The notes below the pieces were generated by a model. The model made no database searches, was not told where the DNA came from, and saw only the letters and a list, made by a program, of their open reading frames with translations. Below, in pieces: positions 29,142 through 39,575 of a DNA stretch of 55,839 bases. The stretch is from assembly GCA_035296885.1 (NCBI GenBank), contig DATHAB010000055.1:1-55839 (forward strand), written 5' to 3'. The position numbers and the translations under genes are program-made. The stretch comes from Rubrobacteraceae bacterium (GTDB lineage: Bacteria; Actinomycetota; Rubrobacteria; Rubrobacterales; Rubrobacteraceae). How positions within the stretch are numbered: the stretch's first letter is position 1; each line of letters starts with the position of its first letter.

Positions 29142-30263
29142 CTAAACCAGCGCCTTCTTCGATATCGCCTCTACGAACTCGTCGAAGAGGTAGCCGGAGT
29201 CGCGGGGGCCAGGACTTGACTCGGGGTGATACTGGACGCTATGAGCCCGAAGTTCCTCGCTCCTCAGACCCTCAACCGTACCGTCGTAGAGGTTTCGGTG
29301 GGTCAGCTCGACGCCTCTTGGCATCGTCTGCTCGCGAACGGCGAAGCCATGGTTCTGGCTCGTGATCTCGATCCGACCCGTATAGAGGTTGCGGACCGGA
29401 TGGTTCGCGCCGTGGTGCCCAAACGGCATCTTGTACGTCTCGCAGCCCAAAGCCAGACCTAGAAGCTGGTGTCCGAGGCAGATGCCGAAGATAGGGGTCT
29501 CACCAGCGAGATTACGAAGGTTAGCAACCGCATTCTCCAAGGCAGCCGGGTCCCCGGGGCCATTCGAGAGGAAAAGTCCATCAGGTGCTTGCGCGAGGAC
29601 CTCGGCTGGAGGTGTCCCCGTACCGGGGATCGCCAGCACCGAGGCACCTCGGCTTCGCAGTTCCTCGTAGATGGAGCCCTTCACCCCGTAGTCCAAGGCG
29701 ACGACGCGGCAGCGCTCCTCGCCAAAAGCCGGGAGCAAGACAGGCTCGGCTAGCTCGGTGCCGGAGGAGGCGAGGTCGAGGCCGGCCATCGTCGGGTGGG
29801 CGTTGGCCTCCGCGCGCAGCTCGTCTACATCTTGTCTCACGGTAGAGATAACTCCACGCATCGCGCCCTTATCCCTCAAGTGGCGGGTGAGGGCGCGCGT
29901 GTCTATCCCCTCGACGCCTATAACCCCGCTCTCTTCGAGGAGATTAGCCAGGGAGCTTTCGCTCGCCCAGTTGCTGTGGTAGGCGGTGTACTCGCGCACC
30001 AGAACCCCGGCAGCCTGAATCTTGGGAGACTCCTCGTCGCCAGGGATCACGCCGTAGTTGCCGATGAGGGGGTAGGTAAAGAGCACGATCTGGCCGCGGT
30101 ACGAAGGATCGGTAAGGGTCTCCTGGTAGCCGACCATGCTGGTCGTGAAGACGACTTCGCCCGCAACCTCACCCTCCCCCGCGAACGTCCAGCCCGAAAA
30201 AGATGTTCCATCTTCAAGGACAACCAGCGCCCGGTTGTGCCTCTGCCTAAGCTCTTGCTTCAA
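29142..30263 (-). CDS. carA: Carbamoyl-phosphate synthase small subunit
   Basis: [27 protein letters not shown]. Confidence 0.99.
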   Translation of the reverse strand: MKQELRQRHNRALVVLEDGTSFSGWTFAGEGEVAGEVVFTTSMVGYQETLTDPSYRGQIVLFTYPLIGNYGVIPGDEESPKIQAAGVLVREYTAYHSNWASESSLANLLEESGVIGVEGIDTRALTRHLRDKGAMRGVISTVRQDVDELRAEANAHPTMAGLDLASSGTELAEPVLLPAFGEERCRVVALDYGVKGSIYEELRSRGASVLAIPGTGTPPAEVLAQAPDGLFLSNGPGDPAALENAVANLRNLAGETPIFGICLGHQLLGLALGCETYKMPFGHHGANHPVRNLYTGRIEITSQNHGFAVREQTMPRGVELTHRNLYDGTVEGLRSEELRAHSVQYHPESSPGPRDSGYLFDEFVEAISKKALV

Positions 30264-31554
30264 GCCTTGCTCCTGTTCGATCGTAAATAAACTCGCCGCC
30301 GACCACCGTACCCACCACGCGCCCCTTGAGCTTCCGCCCGAGGTATGGGCTGTTGGAAGACCAACTGACCATAGAATCCGCCCGAACCGTCCACTCCTCG
30401 GAGAGGTCCACGAGCGTCAGATCCGCGGGAGCCCCCGCACACATGCCGCTGTCGCCACCGTCCTTAACCCAACGACTCGGCGCGCAAGCCATTGCCTCGA
30501 CGAGGCGCGAGAGCGAGAGCCTTCCGCTTTGCACCAGCTCCGTGTAGAGCACCGAGAATGCCGTCTCGTGCCCCAAAAAACCCGGCGCAGCCTCCTCCAG
30601 CGGAAGCTCCTTCTCGGAGGCGGCGTGTGGGGCGTGGTCCGTCGCCACAGAGTCAAGGGTACCATCCCGCAAGGCCTCCCCGACCTCAAGCCTGTCGTCG
30701 TCCGGCCTCAACGGCGGGTTGACCCGGTAAAGCCCCTCCAACGTGCCGACCAGCTCGTCGGTGAGGGTCAGATGGTGTGGCGTGGTGTCAGCCGTCACGT
30801 CCGCCCGCCCCTTAAAGAAGCGAAGGAGCGCCGCCGAGAGCCCAGTGCTCACGTGCGTAATGTGGACCTTCGCCCCGGTCTCCGCCGCCAAGACAAGCGC
30901 CGTCGCCGTCGATACGTCCTCGGCACTCGCTGGTGACCCCGGCACCCCGGCAAGGGCCGCCGCAACCCCATCGTGGACCACGCCGGTCGCTAAAGTGTGG
31001 TCCTCGCAGTGCAAGATTACCGGCAGCCCCGTGCCCCTCGCATAGAGCATGCCGTTACGTAAAACTCCGGCGCTCCCTGTACCCAAGCCGTCGTCTGAGA
31101 CGCAGAACGCCCCGGCCTCCTTCATAAGTCGCATCTCCGTGAGCCGCTCGCCCTTTAGCCCTTCATGCAACGCAGCCGAGACGTAGGCCCGCACCCGTGA
31201 CTCTTTCTCGACGCGCCGCAGTAGGCCAGAGACGATAACGGGTTTGTCTACCACGGGGTCGGTGTTCGGCATCATCACCACGCTCGTGAAGCCGCCGGCC
31301 GCGGCGGCCGCGGAACCCGACTCTATCGTCTCCTCGTCCTCCCGGCCCGGCGTGCGCCAGTGAGCGTGCAAGTCCACGAAGCCGGGGAACACGTGCAAAC
31401 CATCAGCTTCAAGGTATCTTGAGCCCTGCAAACCCTCCCCGACCTCTGCCACGTGACCGGCCGAGAGGCGCACGTCAATAGCACCGTCGAGACCACGAGA
31501 AGGATCGAGGACATGGGCGCTCCGAATTACGAGGTCGTCAGGAGCGCCCGTCAC
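30247..31554 (-). CDS. pyrC: Dihydroorotase
   Basis: [29 protein letters not shown]. Confidence 0.97.
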   Translation of the reverse strand: MTGAPDDLVIRSAHVLDPSRGLDGAIDVRLSAGHVAEVGEGLQGSRYLEADGLHVFPGFVDLHAHWRTPGREDEETIESGSAAAAAGGFTSVVMMPNTDPVVDKPVIVSGLLRRVEKESRVRAYVSAALHEGLKGERLTEMRLMKEAGAFCVSDDGLGTGSAGVLRNGMLYARGTGLPVILHCEDHTLATGVVHDGVAAALAGVPGSPASAEDVSTATALVLAAETGAKVHITHVSTGLSAALLRFFKGRADVTADTTPHHLTLTDELVGTLEGLYRVNPPLRPDDDRLEVGEALRDGTLDSVATDHAPHAASEKELPLEEAAPGFLGHETAFSVLYTELVQSGRLSLSRLVEAMACAPSRWVKDGGDSGMCAGAPADLTLVDLSEEWTVRADSMVSWSSNSPYLGRKLKGRVVGTVVGGEFIYDRTGARLEARA

Positions 31555-32465
31555 GCGACCACCTTCTGCACGGCGTCGGTCGCGAGGGCGAGTACCGCCG
31601 AGCGAACGGCAACGGCGGAGGTGACCTGGTCGGCGATTAGGGAAGAACTTGAGAGTACCACGTCGCCAGAGATCTCCACGCCCCGGTTAACAGGGCCAGG
31701 GTGCATAACGAGGACTCCGGCCTGCAAATGCCGCTCTGCGATACCGTAGTACCGATGGTACTCGGCGACGGAGGGGATGAACGTCCCGGTCATCCTCTCC
31801 TCTTGTAGCCGGAGCGCGTATAGCACCTCGGCCCCCCACTTCAAGGCGTCGTCGACGGAGGGTAGTACAGGTAGGCCCCACGCTTCAGCCTCGCGGGGCA
31901 AAAGGGTTTCGGGAGCGACCAGATACACCTCCATGCCCGACGCCGAGAAGGCGGGAACCAGGCTGCGTGCCACCCGGCTATGCAGAACATCGCCTACGAT
32001 GGCGATCTTACGTCCGACCAGCTCGTCGAAGTCGCCCAAGGCGTTTGAGAGGGCGTACAGGTCGAGGAGGGCTTGCGTGGGGTGCTGGCCGCGCCCATCG
32101 CCGGCGTTGACGACGGCCGCTTCTGCGTGGCGGGCGGCTAAAGTCGCGGCGCCTGCCGAAGGGTGACGGATCACGATAGCATCCGCCCCAAGAGCGTCGA
32201 GGGTGATGACGGTGTCGATGAGGGATTCGCCCTTCTGTATCGCGCTACCCTTTTCAGAGATCGAGATCACGTCCGCCCCTGCTCTGCGGGCGGCGAGTTC
32301 GAACGATACGGCAGTACGGGTCGAGGCCTCGTAAAAGGCCAGACAAACGGCTTTCCCGGAAAGAGTACGCTCTGGCCGTCCGGTAGCGAGATCGCCTGCG
32401 AGGTCCAGAACCTCTTTTAGCTCCTCCCTTTTTACACCTTCTAGAGTGAGTAAGTTCCTACCCAT
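31551..32465 (-). CDS. pyrB: Aspartate carbamoyltransferase catalytic subunit
   Basis: [31 protein letters not shown]. Confidence 0.98.
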   Translation of the reverse strand: MGRNLLTLEGVKREELKEVLDLAGDLATGRPERTLSGKAVCLAFYEASTRTAVSFELAARRAGADVISISEKGSAIQKGESLIDTVITLDALGADAIVIRHPSAGAATLAARHAEAAVVNAGDGRGQHPTQALLDLYALSNALGDFDELVGRKIAIVGDVLHSRVARSLVPAFSASGMEVYLVAPETLLPREAEAWGLPVLPSVDDALKWGAEVLYALRLQEERMTGTFIPSVAEYHRYYGIAERHLQAGVLVMHPGPVNRGVEISGDVVLSSSSLIADQVTSAVAVRSAVLALATDAVQKVVA

Positions 32466-33042
32466 GTACGCTCACCACCCCGTCTTCGCCGTCGGTTTCG
32501 ACGAGGCTTACACGCACGGTCTCCTCACGGTTGGTCGGGATGTTCTTACCGACGTGGTCCGCCCTTATCGGAAGCTCCCTATGACCGCGATCCACGAGGA
32601 CGGCGAGGCGTATCGCCGTCGGCCGACCGAGCTCTAACAGCGCGTCTATCGCAGCCCGCGCCGTCCGCCCGGTGTAGAGCACGTCGTCCACGAGCACGAC
32701 TGTCTTCCCCGCAACGTCGAATGGAATCCGGCTCCCCCGCAGCTTTGGTTCCTCGTCGCCTAGCTCCCGATCATCTCGGTGCAGGGTGATATCTAGGGAA
32801 CCCACGGGTACGTGGAGGTCCTCAAAGTGCCTGATGTTCTGCGCCACTCTTTGCGCCAGCGGCGCTCCCCGCGTCAAGATGCCTACCAGCGCGAGGTCTT
32901 CAGGAGATGATGCGTTGCATTCTAGGATCTCGTGCGAGATGCGCCTCAAAGAACGGTCGATGCTTTCTTTTGAGAGAATTTCAGAGAGGGTTCGGCCTTC
33001 GGAGTGGCTACGCCGACGAGCGTCGGCGGTCGATCGTCTCAA
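32458..33042 (-). CDS. pyrR: Pyrimidine regulatory protein PyrR / UPRTase
   Basis: LDITLHRDD, VLVDDVLYTGRT, DRGHRELPIRAD. Confidence 0.98.
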   Translation of the reverse strand: MRRSTADARRRSHSEGRTLSEILSKESIDRSLRRISHEILECNASSPEDLALVGILTRGAPLAQRVAQNIRHFEDLHVPVGSLDITLHRDDRELGDEEPKLRGSRIPFDVAGKTVVLVDDVLYTGRTARAAIDALLELGRPTAIRLAVLVDRGHRELPIRADHVGKNIPTNREETVRVSLVETDGEDGVVSVHG

Positions 33043-33053
33043 GTCTGTTGCCT

Positions 33054-33083
33054 CCTTCGCGCCTCACGGGACGCTGTTAAAGG
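33054..33083 (-). promoter_or_regulatory. PyrR-binding RNA stem-loop overlapping the pyrR RBS
   Basis: CCUUUAA-cag-CGUCCCGUGAGGCG-cg-AAGG matches the CUUUAA...RUCCNGNGAGGY consensus; the 3' arm is part of AAGGAGG. Confidence 0.85.
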
Positions 33084-33116
33084 TTTTTATGAAGCTATCA
33101 GAAGGAGAGGGTCACG

Positions 33117-34004
33117 TCAAGCTAGGAAGACCGGATCGAGCGCGCGTGCCGCCTCGCGAAGATCCACCGGGATCTGGCTCTCAAACTTCAATGCCTTACC
33201 TGTCACCGGATGGACAAAGGCAAGAGACTCTGCATGGAGCCACAGACGCTGGCCCGGCACGGGTTCGCCGTACAGGGGGTCGGCATAGACGGGATGCCCG
33301 ATCGCCTTGAGGTGAACCCGTATCTGGTGCGTCCGCCCCGTCTCTAGACGCACCCGCAGCATCGTGTGCGCTGCAGCCTCGCGCACAACCTCAAAATGAG
33401 TCACCGCTGGCCTCCCTACGCCTGCGACCATCAAGGTCGGGTTTGTCGGGTCCCTCCCTAGAGGCGAGTCAACCGTACCCATCTCGGGCAGTCCTTCCCC
33501 GACCACGATGGCTCGGTAAACGCGTTTCACGCGCCTCTCGGCGAGCGCCGCCACTAACTCCGAGTAAGCCTCCTCGCCCTTAGCGACAACCATAAGACCC
33601 GACGTATCTCGATCCAGACGATGCACCACCCCCGGTCGCTCTTCTTCCTCCCCCCCCGCGATGCCTCTCTCTAGAAGAGCATTAACTAGCGTCCCGGAAC
33701 GGTTCCCCGCCCCAGGGTGCACCACGAGCCCCGCAGGCTTCTCTACTACCAGAAGGTAGCTATCCTCAAAGACTACCGGGACGGGAATGTCCTCGGGCTC
33801 TAATTTCTTCTCGACGAGCCGGACTTCGACCCGTTCTCCCTCACACGCCTTATAAGAAGGAGAGGTCTCCTCGACGCCGTCTACCCGTGCGAGGCCTTCC
33901 TCGATCATGCGCCGCGCCACACTCCGGCTCACCTCCAGACGCCCGGCGACGAGCTTGTCTAGGCGTTCCCCGACCTCTTCGGGCGCGACCTCGAAGCTCC
34001 TCAA
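33117..34004 (-). CDS. rluD: RluA/RluD-family pseudouridine synthase
   Basis: S4 RLDK, KPAGLVVHPG, HRLDRDTSG, TGRTHQIRVH. Confidence 0.93.
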   Translation of the reverse strand: MRSFEVAPEEVGERLDKLVAGRLEVSRSVARRMIEEGLARVDGVEETSPSYKACEGERVEVRLVEKKLEPEDIPVPVVFEDSYLLVVEKPAGLVVHPGAGNRSGTLVNALLERGIAGGEEEERPGVVHRLDRDTSGLMVVAKGEEAYSELVAALAERRVKRVYRAIVVGEGLPEMGTVDSPLGRDPTNPTLMVAGVGRPAVTHFEVVREAAAHTMLRVRLETGRTHQIRVHLKAIGHPVYADPLYGEPVPGQRLWLHAESLAFVHPVTGKALKFESQIPVDLREAARALDPVFLA

Positions 34005-34029
34005 AGTGGGATCTGCTGCTTCCTCCCAA

Positions 34030-34338
34030 CTAGCGGACGAGGCCTACCAATCCTTCCCGAACATCCTCGGCTTTGGCTTCGCGCACAAAAGCGAGTTTGT
34101 CCCGGCTCGACTTTCCCTTGACTACGGTGACCCGCGACCTTTTTACCCCGATTAGAGTAGCCAGGTAACGCTCGATCTCCGAGTTGGCCTTGCCCTCGAC
34201 GGGTGAGACGGCAACGGAGAGCTTAAGAGCCTCCTCCCCGTATAAGCCCTTGACTGCTGTACTCTTCGCCCCGGGCGAGACTCGAAGCTTCACGTAAACC
34301 CCGCTCTCAGCAGGCCGGACAAAGTCCTCGCTACTCAC
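34030..34338 (-). CDS. DUF167 / YggU-family protein
   Basis: VKLRVSPGAK...LKLSVAVSPVEGKAN...GKSSRDK; start reassigned to GTG 34338. Confidence 0.88.
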   Translation of the reverse strand: MSSEDFVRPAESGVYVKLRVSPGAKSTAVKGLYGEEALKLSVAVSPVEGKANSEIERYLATLIGVKRSRVTVVKGKSSRDKLAFVREAKAEDVREGLVGLVR

Positions 34339-35245
34339 GTCGGCGCAAGAATCGGCTCGCTCTAAAGAGCTTGCGCTCCTCCTCAGTCGGTTCGGCTCGC
34401 GGCCTGCGCTCGTCGAAGAACTCGTCGGCGGCTCGATTCTCCTCGACCGGCAACGGCTCCTCGCGATCCACTTCCTCGGCAGGGCTGTCATGTGGTTCCG
34501 GCGCAGCGGCCGCCTCTCTGACTGCATCTTCCTGCTCGGGAAGCCTTTGAGTGCTGGAAGGATCTTCCTCCGGCTCCTCGACCTCGGGTTGTGGGCCGCG
34601 CTCCTCCGCCATGCCGGTAGCATCTCCGCTCGGCGTAGCGACGGTGTCCACGTGCTGCGTAGTATCGCTAAACTCCATATCGCCGGTCTCCTCTGCAGCG
34701 GACTCGTCTAGCTTGCGGCTGTCGGCAGCTTCGTGGGCAGCGGTGACGGACTCTAAGTCCAGGCGGTCGCGAAGAGAAGCCTCTATCTCCTTGGCCGACG
34801 CTATGTCGACGTTGTCCAGTACGGCGACATAGCTCTTGATAAGATGCCTGAAGTCGTTTGCGAACTCCTGCTTAGCCTGGCGCAAAGCTTCGTAGGACTC
34901 TTGCACCCGTTCGAGCCGGCTCGAGGAGTCAGCCAAAATGCGATGCGAGCGCTCCTGCGCCTCGCGTAAGATCAGCTCCGCCTCCTTGGTAGCATTTTGC
35001 CTGAGGTCCCTTGCGGCCTGCTCGGCATGCACGAGGGCCGCCCTGATGGAATCCTCAAGATTCTCGAACTGCTCGAGACGTCCCCTGAGGGCTGTCACCT
35101 CTTCCATCAAGCGCTGGTTCTCGGAGGAGGTGTGCTCGAAAGCGTCCGCAACCTCGTCGAGAAAGTCGTCTACCTCGTTAGCGTCGTAGCCGCGAAAGCC
35201 GCTCTTGAACTCCTTGCGCCTAACGTCCGACGGTCGTATAGCCAT
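34331..35245 (-). CDS. divIVA: DivIVA-domain protein with acidic tail
   Basis: IRPSDVRRKEFKSGFRGYDANEVDDFL plus coiled coil. Confidence 0.93.
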   Translation of the reverse strand: MAIRPSDVRRKEFKSGFRGYDANEVDDFLDEVADAFEHTSSENQRLMEEVTALRGRLEQFENLEDSIRAALVHAEQAARDLRQNATKEAELILREAQERSHRILADSSSRLERVQESYEALRQAKQEFANDFRHLIKSYVAVLDNVDIASAKEIEASLRDRLDLESVTAAHEAADSRKLDESAAEETGDMEFSDTTQHVDTVATPSGDATGMAEERGPQPEVEEPEEDPSSTQRLPEQEDAVREAAAAPEPHDSPAEEVDREEPLPVEENRAADEFFDERRPRAEPTEEERKLFRASRFLRRRE

Positions 35246-35251
35246 AAAGAA

Positions 35252-35587
35252 TCACCCCGTAACAGGATATACAAAGTTTCCGATTATCATGAGCAACAGT
35301 GTTCGCCCAATATAAAGGCCGAAGATGGCGACTATCGGCGAGAGGTCGAGCGCGAAGCCGCCGAGGTTCAGCGCGGGTAGCCGGCTCCTCAGCGGCGCCA
35401 TAATCGGGTCCACCACCGCCCTTACAGCGTCGTAGATCACCTGGAAGAACCGCGTCGAGGGATAGCCAGGTAACCAGCTGATCAAGATCCAGGCGATGAT
35501 GAACCCGAGCAATATATAAAACGCGTAGTTCACCGTGTTCGCGAGCAGCTCGCTAACCCTGAACTGCAAAAGGACTAGCGTTGTCAC
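35252..35587 (-). CDS. yggT: YggT-family membrane protein
   Basis: ILISW...DPIMAPLR...LDLSPIVA. Confidence 0.92.
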   Translation of the reverse strand: MTTLVLLQFRVSELLANTVNYAFYILLGFIIAWILISWLPGYPSTRFFQVIYDAVRAVVDPIMAPLRSRLPALNLGGFALDLSPIVAIFGLYIGRTLLLMIIGNFVYPVTG

Positions 35588-36378
35588 CTCGCCAGCCTCC
35601 GGGCCCGCTCGGCGGCTGCCTCCACCCCGTCGTACACCGCCGCGACGAAGCCTGCCTTCTCCATCGCCCCTAAAGCTGCAGCCGTTGTCCCGCCAGGAGT
35701 GGTGACTTCGTCCCGGATCTGGTGTGCCGCCTTTTCTTTGAGCAGACCGGCCGTCCCGGCTATAGTACCGTTAACGAGCCTTTGCGCTATATCGCCCGGT
35801 ATGCCCTCTCGCACCCCAGCCCGTACGAGAGCGTCCGCGAAGAGAGCCACGTACGCTGGCCCCGAACCGTGGAGCGCCGTCGCGGCGTCAAAGAGCCACT
35901 CCGGTAGCTCTATCACATCGCCCAAACGCCGGAAAACCTCCGTCACCGCCGGCAGGTACGCCTCACCCGGCTCGTTTGCGGCCACCACAGCAGTACCTAA
36001 ACCCACCGCTGCACACACGTTCGGCATCACTCTCAAGACCGCCATTTCGGGGGGCAACTTCTCGGCTATCTCTGAGATCTCAACACCCGCAGCCACGCTC
36101 ACCATCGCCTTGCCCTCGACGAACGGCGAGACTTCTTCGAGGACTTTAGCCAGATCCCAAGGTTTGACTGCAATTACGAGCACCTCGCTCGCCTCGGCAG
36201 TCTCCCTGTTCCACCGGGTGGTCTTGACGCCGTACGCTTCAGCCAGAGATCGCAGCCGCTCCTCGTAGACGTCGCTAGCGATGAGATCGAAACCTCCCAC
36301 CGCCGAGAGTTGGGCTACAAGCGAACCCCCGATCTTGCCAGCCCCGATTATTCCTACCCTCTTTAAGTGGGAAGTCAA
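35584..36378 (-). CDS. proC: Pyrroline-5-carboxylate reductase
   Basis: IIGAGKIG, AVKP, RVMPN, GSGPAY, TPGGTT. Confidence 0.96.
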   Translation of the reverse strand: MTSHLKRVGIIGAGKIGGSLVAQLSAVGGFDLIASDVYEERLRSLAEAYGVKTTRWNRETAEASEVLVIAVKPWDLAKVLEEVSPFVEGKAMVSVAAGVEISEIAEKLPPEMAVLRVMPNVCAAVGLGTAVVAANEPGEAYLPAVTEVFRRLGDVIELPEWLFDAATALHGSGPAYVALFADALVRAGVREGIPGDIAQRLVNGTIAGTAGLLKEKAAHQIRDEVTTPGGTTAAALGAMEKAGFVAAVYDGVEAAAERARRLAR

Positions 36379-36382
36379 TATC

Positions 36383-36976
36383 CTAAAGCTGGTTGAAGAA
36401 CGCCCGTTCGGCGATCCGCTTGCGCTCCTCGGCCGATACCTCGACGTTGTGCGGCGTCAGGAGAAAGACCCGGTTCGCGACGGTCTGTATCTGGCCGTCC
36501 AAAGCGTAAGTCAGGCCGGCGCAGAAATCAACCATCCGACGGCTAAGCTCCCCATCGGCCTGCTGGAGGTTCAGGATCACCGGCTGCTGGCGCTTGAAGC
36601 GGTCGGCTAGATCCTGGGCGTCGTTGAAACTAGTCGGTTCCACGACGCTCACCCTCGTCTGAGGCCGATGGTCGGGAACGGCCCTAAGATGTGCCGACCC
36701 ACCCTGAGCATTTTGAGGACGATCCCGGTCTGACCCTTCGCTGCCAAAGAGGTCGCCAAGAGAAGTACCAAAAGCCGAAGAGCGCTCCGCCCGGCCGAGG
36801 CGTCTAACCGTCGGGCCTTGCTCGACCTCCTGGGCCTCATCCCGCAAGCGACCTCGCGCGTGGCGATCCTTCGCCAGAGAACCTCTCTCCTCTTCTTCCT
36901 CGTAGTAGTAATCATCCTCTTCGACGCCGAAGCCGAACCAGGCCGCAACGCGCTCTAGATGATCTCTAACTCCCAT
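36383..36976 (-). CDS. sepF: Cell division protein SepF
   Basis: N-terminal amphipathic WFGF, PTSFNDAQ, RRMVDFCAGLTYALDG, FLLTP. Confidence 0.96.
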   Translation of the reverse strand: MGVRDHLERVAAWFGFGVEEDDYYYEEEEERGSLAKDRHARGRLRDEAQEVEQGPTVRRLGRAERSSAFGTSLGDLFGSEGSDRDRPQNAQGGSAHLRAVPDHRPQTRVSVVEPTSFNDAQDLADRFKRQQPVILNLQQADGELSRRMVDFCAGLTYALDGQIQTVANRVFLLTPHNVEVSAEERKRIAERAFFNQL

Positions 36977-36985
36977 CCAGCCTCC

Positions 36986-37708
36986 TCACGAACGGACCCC
37001 CTCCTTCATCTCCGTGGCCAAAAAGGCCCGTCCGATCCTCATGATGGTAGCCCCCTCCTCAACAGCGACCCAATAGTCGTTGCTCATGCCCATCGAAAGT
37101 TCCGAAAGATTAAAGTGGGGACTCCAATCACCTCTTAGCCTATCACGTATCGTCCGCAGTTTCGCGAAAACATAGCGTACATCTTCCGGGTCTGCAACCA
37201 GCGGCGCAAGCGTCATGAACCCCCTCACCCACACCTTCCCCGTCTCTGCGGCGGCCCAGAGCAACGACTCAACTTCTTCCTCGGTAACCCCGTACTTTGA
37301 TTCCTCCCCGCTAACGTTGACCTGCAAAAGGGCCTCAACACCACCCTCCGGCGCCCTCTTGGCAAGCTCCCCGACGAGCCTCACCGAATCGACGGAGTGT
37401 ATAAGCGTCACCCTCCCGACCACTTGCTTCGCCTTGCGGCTCTGCAGGTGTCCGATGAAATGCCAATCAAAAATATTCCCGAAGGTCTCCTGATTTCTTA
37501 AAAGGTCCTCAGCCTTATTCTCCCCAAGAAGCTCGACCCCAGCGTCGGCGAGCGCTGCTATCTGCTCCGAACTGTAGTATTTGCTGGCGACGAGCATTCT
37601 CGCTTCGTCCTTACCTCGACCGCTCTTGCACAAGGCTTCGGCGATGCGCCCACGCACGCCCTCAAGCCTCTCGCGTATAAGCTCCTCAGTTCTCACACCG
37701 CCGCTCAT
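36986..37708 (-). CDS. yggS: PLP homeostasis protein (YggS/PROSC)
   Basis: VASK, GEN, WHFIGHLQ, HSVDS, LSMGMSND, RIG. Confidence 0.96.
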   Translation of the reverse strand: MSGGVRTEELIRERLEGVRGRIAEALCKSGRGKDEARMLVASKYYSSEQIAALADAGVELLGENKAEDLLRNQETFGNIFDWHFIGHLQSRKAKQVVGRVTLIHSVDSVRLVGELAKRAPEGGVEALLQVNVSGEESKYGVTEEEVESLLWAAAETGKVWVRGFMTLAPLVADPEDVRYVFAKLRTIRDRLRGDWSPHFNLSELSMGMSNDYWVAVEEGATIMRIGRAFLATEMKEGVRS

Positions 37709-38463
37709 CGCAACGCCACCGCCGCAAGGTTCCGCCCGGTCTTGGGACCCTGTTTACGATGCGAGTAGAAAAGGTCCGGTCGGCACCCCGTGCACAAGCC
37801 AAGGTCATGCACCTTCGTTACTCCAGCCTCCTCGAGGTCTACACGGATCGCATCCGGCAAAGAAAGGTAACGCCCCGACGCCACGTGGGCTCCGAACCTC
37901 TCGGCGAAATTATCGGCGAGTTCTTTGGAGACCTCGTAGCAGCAGCTGCGGATGCACGGCCCTATGTAAGCCCGCACGGCTGAGACCCGCCCGGGTCCGC
38001 CCAGCACTCGCGCGGCCTTGCCGCTGATCCCCATCAAAGTCCCGCGCCAACCCGAATGTACCATGCCTACGGTCCCTTCCCCAACGAGTGCCACCGGAAC
38101 GCAATCGGCAACCGCGACGACTAAAGAGTATCCTTCACCTTCGGTAATGAGGGCGTCTCCCTCACCCGCAAGCCCGGCTTCCCGCACCCTGACAATCCTG
38201 TCCCCCGCCACCTGCTGCACCCAGGCCGAGGACCTGTTCTCCATAGCTACCTGGATACGCTGGCGGTTTTCGACGACAGCGTCCTTGTCATCACCAACTA
38301 AAGTCGAGATGTTGAGGCTATCATACGGTGGCTTCGAGACGCCGCCCTTGCGGGTAAAGAACCACACCCAGGCGCCTACCGGTTCGGGATCCGGCGCAAC
38401 ATAAACCGCGCCGCCGGCCTCAGCGACGGCGTGTTCCGTCCAGGATGACATAAGCGGTAGCAC
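37705..38463 (-). CDS. pgeF: PgeF/YfiH-family protein
   Basis: TRKGGVS, ADCVPV, HSGWRG, GPCI, YSHR; directly after ftsZ. Confidence 0.92.
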   Translation of the reverse strand: MLPLMSSWTEHAVAEAGGAVYVAPDPEPVGAWVWFFTRKGGVSKPPYDSLNISTLVGDDKDAVVENRQRIQVAMENRSSAWVQQVAGDRIVRVREAGLAGEGDALITEGEGYSLVVAVADCVPVALVGEGTVGMVHSGWRGTLMGISGKAARVLGGPGRVSAVRAYIGPCIRSCCYEVSKELADNFAERFGAHVASGRYLSLPDAIRVDLEEAGVTKVHDLGLCTGCRPDLFYSHRKQGPKTGRNLAAVALR

Positions 38464-38495
38464 GGAGGAGAAGTGAGTCCTGCTTAGCCCCCTCC

Positions 38496-39554
38496 CTAGC
38501 GACGCCGGAGGAAGGCCGGGATGTCGAGAACGTCGCCCTCTGCTTGAGCTGCCATCTCCTCAGTCGGCTCAGGGGTCGCCTGCTCTTCGCGACGCCTGGT
38601 CGCCATCCGCTGGTCGAAGCCCGTGGCGATCACGGTTACGCTAACTCGCTCGCCAAAGGTCTCATCCACAACGGCCCCAAAGATCAGGTTAGCATCCTGG
38701 TGGGCGGCGTTGTGTACGATCTCGGCGGCCTCGTTGACCTCAAAGAGCCCGAGGTCGGAGCCACCGGTGATGTTCAGGATAATACCCGTCGCCCCCTCGA
38801 TGCTCGCCTCAAGGAGCGGACTCGAGATCGCCGTACGGGCGGCTTCAGCACCCCTGGCCTCGCTGCTAGACTCCCCAATACCCATCAACGCCGAGCCCGA
38901 GTTCTGCATGATCGTGCGCACGTCCGCGAAGTCCAGGTTTATCAGCCCGGGCACCGTGATGAGATCGGTGATTCCCTGAACGCCCTTGCGCAGGACATCG
39001 TCGGCCATCTTAAAGGCCTCCATCATGCTCGTGCGCTTGTCGGCCACCTGCAACAGCCGGTCGTTCGGGATGATGATCAGGGAATCCACGTTCTCTTTGA
39101 GCCGCTTTATCCCCTCCTCGGCGTACGTCGAGCGGCGGCGCCCCTCAAAAGCAAACGGCCGCGTCACGACCCCGACTGTTAAAGCTCCGGTCTCCCGGGC
39201 TAGCTTCGCTACCACAGGCGCCGCCCCAGTGCCCGTGCCGCCACCCTTGCCAGCCGTTACGAAGACCATGTCCGCGTCCCTTAAGGCCTCCTCGATCTCC
39301 GCCTTGCTCTCCTCGGCAGCCTCCATCCCGAGTTTCGGATCCGCCCCGGCCCCCAAGCCTCGGGTAAGCTTCTCCCCGATGTGGATCTTCATGTCGGCGT
39401 CGGTCATCTGGAGGGCCTGCGCATCCGTGTTGACCGCTATGAACTCTACCCCCGACAACCCGGAGTTGATCATGCGGTTGACCGCGTTGGTCCCACCGCC
39501 GCCGATCCCTACAACCTTTATTACCGCCAGATAGTTCGTACCCGAGTCCAACAT
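38496..39554 (-). CDS. ftsZ: Cell division protein FtsZ
   Basis: GGGTGTG tubulin motif, NLDFAD, C-terminal LDIPAFLR. Confidence 0.99.
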   Translation of the reverse strand: MLDSGTNYLAVIKVVGIGGGGTNAVNRMINSGLSGVEFIAVNTDAQALQMTDADMKIHIGEKLTRGLGAGADPKLGMEAAEESKAEIEEALRDADMVFVTAGKGGGTGTGAAPVVAKLARETGALTVGVVTRPFAFEGRRRSTYAEEGIKRLKENVDSLIIIPNDRLLQVADKRTSMMEAFKMADDVLRKGVQGITDLITVPGLINLDFADVRTIMQNSGSALMGIGESSSEARGAEAARTAISSPLLEASIEGATGIILNITGGSDLGLFEVNEAAEIVHNAAHQDANLIFGAVVDETFGERVSVTVIATGFDQRMATRRREEQATPEPTEEMAAQAEGDVLDIPAFLRRR

Positions 39555-39575
39555 GCTCTTCTAACCCTTCGTCGC

